Shown: in pieces, positions 16,915-23,924 of the stretch
How the letters are laid out: the number at the start of each line of letters is the position of its first letter
How positions within the stretch are numbered: position 1 is the stretch's first letter
Assembly (NCBI GenBank): GCA_027623845.1
Contig: JAQBUJ010000001.1
Location: 1 to 25,291 of the forward strand
From: Pseudomonadota bacterium
GTDB lineage: Bacteria > Pseudomonadota > Alphaproteobacteria > Thalassobaculales > Thalassobaculaceae
Length of the DNA stretch: 25,291 bases
Direction: 5' to 3'
Program-made: the position numbers and the translations under genes
Notes under the pieces: model-generated
What the model was told of the DNA's origin: nothing
Databases searched by the model: none
Seen by the model: the letters and a program-made list of their open reading frames with translations, nothing else

Positions 16915-17825
16915 GCAGGTCGCGCGTCGTCCGGCACGACGCTTTGGGCGATGCTGTTATCCAGCGCCTCATAGTCGTGATAGCCGATCGCCTGATAGAT
17001 ATCCTTGCGGGTCATCAGCTGGTCGAGATAGCCGCCCTGCCCGCGGTGCTCGGCCAGATGGCCGTAAAGATCCCGCATCGCGTTAGCCTCGCAACGTAGC
17101 GAAGTGACCGGCCAAATCACGATCTTGAAGCCGAGATCGGCGAATGCGCTTTGGCTGAGATACGGGGTGCGGCCGAATTCTGTCATATTGGCCAGGGTTG
17201 GCGCACCAACCGCATCGTTGAACGCCCGCATATCCTCGGGCGAGGTCAGCGCTTCGGGAAAGATCACGTCGGCGCCGGCCTCGACATAGAGTTTGCCCCG
17301 GGCGATCGCCCCGGCAAGCCCCTCGGAGGCGGCGGCATCGGTACGGGCGATGATTCGCAGATGCGTGCGAGCCTGGCGCGCCGCCGCGATCTTCGCCGCC
17401 ATCGATTCGGGGTCGTTCAACAACTTATCGGAGAGGTGGCCGCATTTCTTCGGCAGCAATTGATCCTCCAGTTGAACCCCGGCGGCGCCGGCGGCCTCAA
17501 GGTCCTGGACCAACCGCATGACGTTCAACGCTTCGCCATAGCCGGTGTCGCCATCGACGATCAGCGGCAAGCCGGTGGATCGGGTGATCACCCGCACAAA
17601 CAACAGCAATTCCTCGGTCGTCATCATCCCCAGATCCGGCAGGCCCAGACTGGCGGACAAGGCCCCGCCCGAGAGATACAGCGCCTCGAAACCGGCATCG
17701 CGGGCCAACAGTCCGGCCAGCGCGTTATGGGCGCCGGGTACCCCAAGCGCCCCATCGCGGGACCACAGCGCCTCCAACCGGTCGCCGGGCAATCCTTGCG
17801 CCGCAGATGTCGAAAACCATGTCAT
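16911..17825 (-). CDS. prpB: 2-methylisocitrate lyase (ICL/PEP mutase superfamily)
   Basis: YLSGG, GLPDLG, VDGDTGYG, LEDQLLPKKCGH, ARTDA, ADVIFPEAL, LANMTEFGRTP; SD AAAGGA. Confidence 0.88.
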   Translation of the reverse strand: MTWFSTSAAQGLPGDRLEALWSRDGALGVPGAHNALAGLLARDAGFEALYLSGGALSASLGLPDLGMMTTEELLLFVRVITRSTGLPLIVDGDTGYGEALNVMRLVQDLEAAGAAGVQLEDQLLPKKCGHLSDKLLNDPESMAAKIAAARQARTHLRIIARTDAAASEGLAGAIARGKLYVEAGADVIFPEALTSPEDMRAFNDAVGAPTLANMTEFGRTPYLSQSAFADLGFKIVIWPVTSLRCEANAMRDLYGHLAEHRGQGGYLDQLMTRKDIYQAIGYHDYEALDNSIAQSVVPDDARPA

Positions 17826-17881
17826 GACTCTTATCCTTTTTCAGATCCTTGCTAATCGACGCCGCCCGGGTTTTCACGGGC

Positions 17882-17901
17882 TTGGCGAATTTCTTCGAAT
17901 A
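17882..17901. promoter_or_regulatory. Possible ScfR-family (PrpR*/PccR/RamB-type) operator upstream of prpB
   Basis: TTGGCGAA-tttc-TTCGAATA: palindromic CGAA-N4-TTCG core resembling TTTGCRAA-N4-TTYGCAAA with 3 mismatches. Confidence 0.3.
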
Positions 17902-17922
17902 TGCCATTAACACGGCGGCGCG

Positions 17923-17939
17923 CGGCAAGAGTTTTGCCG
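17923..17939. promoter_or_regulatory. Palindrome CGGCAA-N5-TTGCCG that fits the sigma54 -24/-12 spacing on both strands
   Basis: Plus strand: cGG-caagagtttt-GC. Minus strand: cGG-caaaactctt-GC. Both are GG-N10-GC with TTGC at -12. Confidence 0.4.
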
Positions 17940-18001
17940 GCCAATGGTTTAGGCCATGAACGATCAAACGCGCTTTGAACCGGGCCGGGGGCACGAGCTG
18001 A

Positions 18002-18475
18002 ATGGTGCATATCGTCGGATTGGGCGCCAGCCTATTTGGGTTTTGGTTGTTGATGTCCGGGCATTTCGGGCCGTTGCTGATTTCGCTCGGCGGCGCCTCG
18101 GTGCTGCTCGTGCTGTATATCGCCCATCGTATGGATCTGTATGACCGAGAGACCTTCCCCATGCATTTGAAGGGATGGATCTTTGGCTATTGGGGCTGGC
18201 TGGCCAAGGAGGTCTTCAAGGCCAATATCGATGTCGCCAAGATCGTGTTGGCGCCGAGTTTGCCGATTTCCCCGCGGGTGGTTCGGGTCAAGGCGACGCA
18301 AAAGACCGATCTGGGAATGGTCATCTTCGCCAATTCGATCACCCTGACGCCGGGGACGGTCGCGGTCGATATCGAGGGTGACGAGATCATCGTTCACGCC
18401 CTGTCGCAAGAGCTGGCGGACGGGGTGCTCAACGGCGACATGGACGGTCGGGTGACCGCCCTTGAGGAGCGCTGA
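18002..18475 (+). CDS. mrpE: Mrp/Mnh Na+/H+ antiporter subunit E
   Basis: FWLLMSGH, EVFKANIDVAKIVL, FANSITLTPGT, IIVHAL. Confidence 0.93.
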   Translation: MVHIVGLGASLFGFWLLMSGHFGPLLISLGGASVLLVLYIAHRMDLYDRETFPMHLKGWIFGYWGWLAKEVFKANIDVAKIVLAPSLPISPRVVRVKATQKTDLGMVIFANSITLTPGTVAVDIEGDEIIVHALSQELADGVLNGDMDGRVTALEER

Positions 18476-18478
18476 GCC

Positions 18479-18772
18479 TTGTTTATCGGAGCCACCGCCG
18501 CCCTTCTCGTCGCCATGGCCTTGACGTTAATTCGCGCCTTTGCCGGCCCGACCCTGTTCGACCGGGTGCTGGCGGTAAACAGTTTCGGCACCAAGACGGT
18601 GCTGCTGATCGGTGCCCTCGGGTTCCTCACCGATCGCCCCGAATTTTTGGATATCGCGCTGCTTTATGCGCTGGTCAATTTCATCGGCACCATCGCCGTC
18701 CTTAAATTCTTCCGCTACCGCAATCTCGGGCTCTCCAGTGCCGAGTCGGCCGACCGCGAGGAAATCGATTGA
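18479..18772 (+). CDS. mrpF: Mrp/Mnh subunit F
   Basis: GPTLFDRVLAVN, LDIALLYALVNFIGT. TTG start with SD GAGGAG at 18464-18469. Confidence 0.92.
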   Translation: MFIGATAALLVAMALTLIRAFAGPTLFDRVLAVNSFGTKTVLLIGALGFLTDRPEFLDIALLYALVNFIGTIAVLKFFRYRNLGLSSAESADREEID

Positions 18773-19122
18773 TGGAGATGATCCTCGATATCGCCTCCGG
18801 CGCGTTCTTGGCCGCCGGCAGTTTCCTGGTTCTAGTCGGCACCATCGGCATGTTGCGCCTGCCCGACTTCTTCACCCGCCTGCACGCCGCCGGGATCACC
18901 GACACGCTCGGCGCCGAATTGCTGTTGATCGGGATGATGCTGCAAGCCGGTTTCAGTCTGGTCACCGTCAAGCTGATCTTGATCTCGTTGTTTATCTTCT
19001 TCACCAGCCCCACCGCTACCCACGCGGTGGCCAATGCGGCGCGCACCATGGGGTTGAAGCCGGCGCTGGTGTCGGATGAGGATATCGAGGCGACATCGGT
19101 GCGCCGAGGGAGCGCGAAGTGA
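18772..19122 (+). CDS. mrpG: Mrp/Mnh subunit G
   Basis: GMLRLPDFFTRLHAAG, FTSPTATHAVANAA; TGATG overlap with the mrpF stop. Confidence 0.93.
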   Translation: MEMILDIASGAFLAAGSFLVLVGTIGMLRLPDFFTRLHAAGITDTLGAELLLIGMMLQAGFSLVTVKLILISLFIFFTSPTATHAVANAARTMGLKPALVSDEDIEATSVRRGSAK

Positions 19123-19736
19123 TGGGCGCGGAAATGATCACGATCGTCAACATCGTGCTGCTGACGATGCTGTGCTTCAGCGCAGTGGCGATCATGCTGC
19201 TGCGTCATCTATTCGCCGTCGCCGCGTTGACCGGCGCGTTCAGTCTGCTCTCGGCTGGATTGCTGGTTGCCCTGGATGCGGTTGATGTTGCGTTCACCGA
19301 AGCGGCGGTTGGGGGGGGCATCTCGACCGTCCTGATGCTGGGCACGCTTGCGTTGACCCAACGGCGCGAGCACCGGCCTCCGCGGTTTTCGCTGCCGGCT
19401 TTATTGGTGGTGATCGCGACCGGCGGCGCGTTGATCTACGCGACCAGCGACATGCCGGCCTATGGCGATCCGAACGCCCCGGCGCTGCAGCATGTGGTGC
19501 CGGTGTATATTGAGGGGTCGCGGAACGATATCGGCGTGCCGAATATCGTGACCTCGATCCTGGCCAGCTATCGGGGCTATGACACGTTGGGCGAAGTGGC
19601 GGTGATCTTTACCGCCGGCATCGGCGTGATGTTCCTGCTCGGCCGGCGCCGCGAAGACGAAGACGATGAAGGCATGGTCAGGCACGGTCCCGGAAACGAC
19701 CCCGAAAGCTCCGAGCCAGAAGAGACAGCGTCATGA
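19119..19736 (+). CDS. Stand-alone DUF4040/MrpB-like subunit (equivalent to the C-terminal domain of MrpA)
   Basis: LDAVDVAFTEAAVG (DUF4040-like) and PNIVTSILASYRGYDTLGE (the N.V..I...FRG.DTLGE motif of the MrpA C-terminus and Mbh subunits). Confidence 0.85.
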   Translation: MMGAEMITIVNIVLLTMLCFSAVAIMLLRHLFAVAALTGAFSLLSAGLLVALDAVDVAFTEAAVGGGISTVLMLGTLALTQRREHRPPRFSLPALLVVIATGGALIYATSDMPAYGDPNAPALQHVVPVYIEGSRNDIGVPNIVTSILASYRGYDTLGEVAVIFTAGIGVMFLLGRRREDEDDEGMVRHGPGNDPESSEPEETAS

Positions 19737-20170
19737 AGCATCATCTGATCCTGCGCGTCGTCTCAAAATTGCTGATTCCCTTCATTCTGCTATTCGCGCT
19801 GTACGTTCAGTTTCACGGTGACTACGGTCCCGGCGGCGGGTTCCAGGCCGGGGTGTTGTTCGCCTCCGCCTTCATTCTTTACGCTCTGATCTTCGGCGTC
19901 GATAACGCCCGCGAGGTGCTGCCGTCAAAAGCTCTGCGGTTCCTGGTTCCTGTGGGACTGATTATTTATGCGCTGACCGGTTTCGCCGGCATCGTCATGG
20001 GCGGCAAGTTCCTTGACTATGACGTGCTCGCCCAGGACCCACAGCATGGCCAACATCTTGGAATCCTGGTGATAGAGTTCGGCGTCGGGACCACCGTGGC
20101 CGCGGTCATGGTGACGATCTTCTACGCCTATGCCGGCCGCACCCGCGATGTCGATGACGAGGATTGGTAG
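19733..20170 (+). CDS. mrpB: Mrp/Mnh subunit B
   Basis: FALYVQFHGDYGPGGGFQAG, IEFGVG; ATGA overlap. Confidence 0.9.
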   Translation: MKHHLILRVVSKLLIPFILLFALYVQFHGDYGPGGGFQAGVLFASAFILYALIFGVDNAREVLPSKALRFLVPVGLIIYALTGFAGIVMGGKFLDYDVLAQDPQHGQHLGILVIEFGVGTTVAAVMVTIFYAYAGRTRDVDDEDW

Positions 20171-20172
20171 GC

Positions 20173-20562
20173 ATGCTCGACGCGATCCTCGCCCACTATA
20201 ACTATTGGCTGATCATCATTTTGATGATGATCGGGCTCTATATCGTGATTTCACGCGGCAATCTGGTGAAGAAGATTGTCGGGTTGAACATCTTTCAAAC
20301 CTCGGTATTCCTGCTCTACATCACCCTGGCCAAGGTTACCGGCGGCACGGCGCCGATTCTGACCGGCAAGCCGGAGATATTCTCCAATCCGTTGCCGCAC
20401 GTGCTGATCCTGACCGCTATCGTCGTCGGCATTGCGACCACGGCGCTCGGCTTCGCGCTGGTGGTGCGGATTCGCGAGAGCTACGGCAGCATCGAGGAGG
20501 ATGACATCCTCGCCGCCGAGCGCGCCGAAGAAGAGATCGCCGTTAAGGAGGCCCTGTCGTGA
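20173..20562 (+). CDS. mrpC: Mrp/Mnh subunit C (NuoK homologue)
   Basis: NLVKKIVGLNIFQ, GGTAPI, NPLPHVLILTAIVVG. Start set to ATG 20173; the ORF track starts at 20164. Confidence 0.93.
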   Translation: MLDAILAHYNYWLIIILMMIGLYIVISRGNLVKKIVGLNIFQTSVFLLYITLAKVTGGTAPILTGKPEIFSNPLPHVLILTAIVVGIATTALGFALVVRIRESYGSIEEDDILAAERAEEEIAVKEALS

Positions 20563-22052
20563 GCCTGCTGTTTGAACACATGGCGGCCCTGCAGGTCGCG
20601 GTACCGCTGCTCTCGGCGCCGGTCTGCTCGTTACTGCGCGGGGGACGGCAGCCCTGGTTCTTGGCTCTGGCGGTTAGCTGGTTCGCCTTCTTCGCCTCGA
20701 TCTCGCTGTTGATCCAGGTGCTGGACAGTGGCGATATCTCTTATCATATGGGCAATTGGGCGCCGCCGTTCGGCATTGAATACCGGGTCGACGCGATCAA
20801 TGCCTTCGTGCTGCTGATCATTTCCGGCATCAGCGCCGTCGCCCTGCCCTATGCCCGGTTGAGCGTCGCCCATGAGGTCGATCCGCGCCGGCACGGCCAG
20901 TTCTATACAGCTTACCTGCTCTGCCTGACCGGCCTGCTCGGGGGGACGATCACCGGGGACGCTTTCAACATCTTCGTGTTTTTGGAAATCTCGTCGTTGT
21001 CGGCCTATGTGCTGGTCGCGGCGGGCGCGCGGCAGGACCGCCGCGCCCTAACAGCGGCCTATAACTATCTGGTGCTCGGCACTGTCGGCGCGACGTTCTT
21101 CGTTATCGGCATCGGCCTGCTTTATATGGTCACCGGCACCCTCAACATCACCGACTTGGCGGAGCGGCTTCCGCCCCTGGTCGACAATCGCGCGGTGCAG
21201 GCGGGTTTTGCTTTCATCATCGTCGGCATGGGCCTCAAGCTCGCAATGTTCCCGATGCACACTTGGTTACCGAACGCCTATACCTATGCGCCGTCAACGG
21301 TGACCGTGTTCCTGGCGTCTACCGCGACCAAGGTTTCGGTCTATGTGGTCCTGCGGTTCCTGTTCACCGTGTTCGGGCCGAGCTATGGCTTTGTCGGGCT
21401 GACCTTCGAGTACATCTTCCTGCCGTTGGCCATCCTGGCGATGTTCATCGGCTCGGCGGCGGCGATCTACCAGACCAACCTGAAGCGGTTATTCGCCTAT
21501 TCCAGCGTCGCCCAGCTCGGCTACATGGTGCTCGGCATCGCACTTGGAAACGTCGCCGGGCTAACCGCGACGGTGCTGCATCTGTTCAACCATGCGCTGA
21601 TGAAGGGCGCGCTTTTCATGGCGCTCGGCTGTGTCGCGTTGCGGATCGGCGCGGTCTCGATCAACGGGGTGCGCGGCCTCGGGCGCGAGATGCCTTGGAC
21701 CTTCGCCGCCATCGCCGGCGCCGGGCTCAGCCTGATCGGGGTGCCGAGCACCGTTGGCTTCATCAGCAAATGGTACCTGATCCTGGGGGCGCTGGAGAAT
21801 GGCTGGTGGCCGGTCGCCGTGCTGATCGTCGCCAGTTCGCTGCTTGCGGTGATCTACGTTTGGAAGATCATCGAGGCGGCCTATTTCGGCGCAGCGCCGG
21901 AGGGGCGCGGCCCGGTCAGCGAAGCGCCGTTGGAGATGCTGGCGCCGCTCTGGTTGATGGTGGTGGCTAATTTCTACTTCGGCATCGACGCGGATTTGAC
22001 AACCTCCGTTGCCGGCAAGGTCGCCGCGACCTTCCTGGGAGGCGGATCATGA
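20559..22052 (+). CDS. mrpD: Mrp/Mnh subunit D, antiporter-like subunit 1
   Basis: 497 aa, about 14 TM; FNIFVFLEI (TM5 Glu), GLKLAMFPMHTWLP (TM7 Lys), ATKV (TM8 Lys), GFISKW (TM12 Lys). Confidence 0.92.
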   Translation: MSLLFEHMAALQVAVPLLSAPVCSLLRGGRQPWFLALAVSWFAFFASISLLIQVLDSGDISYHMGNWAPPFGIEYRVDAINAFVLLIISGISAVALPYARLSVAHEVDPRRHGQFYTAYLLCLTGLLGGTITGDAFNIFVFLEISSLSAYVLVAAGARQDRRALTAAYNYLVLGTVGATFFVIGIGLLYMVTGTLNITDLAERLPPLVDNRAVQAGFAFIIVGMGLKLAMFPMHTWLPNAYTYAPSTVTVFLASTATKVSVYVVLRFLFTVFGPSYGFVGLTFEYIFLPLAILAMFIGSAAAIYQTNLKRLFAYSSVAQLGYMVLGIALGNVAGLTATVLHLFNHALMKGALFMALGCVALRIGAVSINGVRGLGREMPWTFAAIAGAGLSLIGVPSTVGFISKWYLILGALENGWWPVAVLIVASSLLAVIYVWKIIEAAYFGAAPEGRGPVSEAPLEMLAPLWLMVVANFYFGIDADLTTSVAGKVAATFLGGGS

Positions 22053-23536
22053 GCACCGAGATGGCGCTGGCCCTGACCCTGCTGATCCCATCGCTCGGCG
22101 GTATCGCCATTGCGTGGGCCGGGCGTTACCCGAACCTGCGCGAAGCAGTAACCCTGATCACCGCCAGCGTGTTGTTCGCCGTGGTGATCAGCCTGCTGCA
22201 ACAGGTGGCGGACGGCGGCGCGCCGACATTGATGCTGATCGAGGTGCTGCCGGGCTTGCCGCTGATGCTGAAGGTCGAGCCGTTGGGCATGCTGTTCGGC
22301 TGTGTGGCGTCCGGTCTGTGGATCGTCAATTCGCTCTATTCCTTCGGCTATATGCGCGGCACCAACGAAACCAATCAGACCCGGTTCTACATCTGCTTCG
22401 CCATCGCCATCGCCAGCTCCATGGGCATCGCGTTCGCCGGCAACATGTTCACCCTGTTTATCTTTTACGAAATCCTGACGATCTCCACCTATCCGCTGGT
22501 TGCGCACAAGCAGAACGCCGAGGCCCGGTCCGGCGCCCGGCTCTATCTCGGCCTGCTGATCGGCACCTCGATCGGCTTTCAGTTGGTCGCGATTATCTGG
22601 ACTTGGGTCGCCGCCGGAACCTTGGATTTCACCATCGGCGGGATCCTGCGCGACAAGATCGACCCGACGATGCTGCCGATCCTGTTGGCGCTGTATATGT
22701 TCGGCATCGGCAAGGCGGCGCTGATGCCGTTTCACCGCTGGCTGCCGGCCGCCATGGTCGCCCCGACACCGGTCAGCGCATTGCTGCACGCAGTCGCCGT
22801 CGTGAAGGCCGGGGTTTTCACGGTTTTGAAGGTGGTGATCTACATCTTCGGTATTGAGTTGTTGTCGGAGACCGGGGCGTCGGGTTGGTTGATCTGGGTC
22901 GCGAGCTTCACCCTGCTGGCGGCCTCTCTGGTGGCGATCAGCAAGGATAACCTCAAGGCTCGGCTGGCCTATTCGACGATCAGCCAGCTTTCCTACATCA
23001 TTCTTGGCGCGGCGCTGGCCAGCAGTCTCGGCGTGCTTGGCGGCGCCTTGCATATCGCCACCCACGCCTTGGGCAAGATCACCCTGTTCATGTGCGCCGG
23101 CGCGATCTATGTCGCGACCCACAAAACCGAGATCAGCGATATGCAGGGGCTGGGCCGGGTCATGCCGTTTACCTTCGCCGCTTTCTGTATCGGCGCGCTC
23201 AGCATCATCGGCCTGCCGCCCTTCGCCGGTAGCTGGAGCAAGTGGTACCTGGCCCTGGCGGCGGCCGACACCGGCATGGTGCTGGTGATCGCGGTGTTGA
23301 TGATCAGCTCGCTGTTGAACGTCGCCTATTTGATGCCGGTGGTCGCCCGCGGCTTTTTCCGCCCGGCGCCGGCGCCGCAACCGGTCGGAGCCGCCGTCGC
23401 GCCGGGCGCTCGGTTTGGCCTCGCCGAGGCGCCGCTGCTTTGCGTGATTCCCCCGTGCCTTACCGCCCTGGGCTGCCTCGTTCTGTTTTTCTATGCAGAC
23501 GAAGTCGTCGATCTGCTTCGTCCAATCGTCGGCTGA
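22049..23536 (+). CDS. Antiporter-like subunit 2 (MrpD family with MrpA/NuoL-like TM8)
   Basis: 495 aa; FIFYEI, GKAALMPFHRWLP, APTPVSALLHAVAVVKAGVF (resembles MrpA SAYLHSATMVKAG), RLAYSTISQLSY, GSWSKW. Confidence 0.9.
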   Translation: MSTEMALALTLLIPSLGGIAIAWAGRYPNLREAVTLITASVLFAVVISLLQQVADGGAPTLMLIEVLPGLPLMLKVEPLGMLFGCVASGLWIVNSLYSFGYMRGTNETNQTRFYICFAIAIASSMGIAFAGNMFTLFIFYEILTISTYPLVAHKQNAEARSGARLYLGLLIGTSIGFQLVAIIWTWVAAGTLDFTIGGILRDKIDPTMLPILLALYMFGIGKAALMPFHRWLPAAMVAPTPVSALLHAVAVVKAGVFTVLKVVIYIFGIELLSETGASGWLIWVASFTLLAASLVAISKDNLKARLAYSTISQLSYIILGAALASSLGVLGGALHIATHALGKITLFMCAGAIYVATHKTEISDMQGLGRVMPFTFAAFCIGALSIIGLPPFAGSWSKWYLALAAADTGMVLVIAVLMISSLLNVAYLMPVVARGFFRPAPAPQPVGAAVAPGARFGLAEAPLLCVIPPCLTALGCLVLFFYADEVVDLLRPIVG

Positions 23537-23546
23537 GGTGCGCCAG

Positions 23547-23924
23547 ATGACCCATGATCATCCATCGACAGAGCAAGGCGGAGACAGCGCGTTCACCCGG
23601 CTGTTGTCCTGGTGCGTCGCCAACGCCAAAATCCTGGTCATCACCCTCGCTGCGGTTTCGGGCTTACTGCTGTTCGCCGATTTACTTTATGAAAAGCATG
23701 GGTATTTCGCCTTCCAGGAGTGGTTCGGTTTCTATCCGCTGTTCGGCTTCGTGGTCTATGTCAGCGTCGTTATGCTGGCCAAAACGCTGCGCGGCGTGAT
23801 CAAGCGGCCTGAGGATTATTACGGCGACACCTCGGTCGACGCCGAGGATGGCTTGCCGGCCGCCGACGATGGAAAACAGAACCACGACGGAAAGCAGAAC
23901 CACGCGGGGGGTGGTCATGCTTGA
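23547..23924 (+). CDS. Small two-TM membrane protein of unknown function within the mrp operon (125 aa)
   Basis: ATG 23547 with SD GAGGTG; two hydrophobic stretches around KHGYFAFQEWFGFY; LAKTLRGVIKRPEDYY; overlaps the next gene by 8 nt. Confidence 0.8.
   Translation: MTHDHPSTEQGGDSAFTRLLSWCVANAKILVITLAAVSGLLLFADLLYEKHGYFAFQEWFGFYPLFGFVVYVSVVMLAKTLRGVIKRPEDYYGDTSVDAEDGLPAADDGKQNHDGKQNHAGGGHA
23868..23903 (+). repeat. 18-bp tandem duplication encoding DGKQNH twice
   Basis: GATGGAAAACAGAACCAC / GACGGAAAGCAGAACCAC; the two differences are synonymous. Confidence 0.8.

Noticed and set aside
17991-18009. GCAC...GTGCA near the mrpE start as an NtrC box
   Set aside because: Half-sites are 10 nt apart instead of 7.
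17956-18144. 62-aa ORF starting upstream of mrpE (possible leader peptide)
   Set aside because: Mostly out-of-frame overlap with mrpE; no clear SD and no attenuator features.
21974-23380. 468-aa minus-strand ORF antisense to the second antiporter-like subunit
   Set aside because: Mirror frame of a hydrophobic GC-rich gene (rich in H/Q/R/D/G); no SD, no domain.
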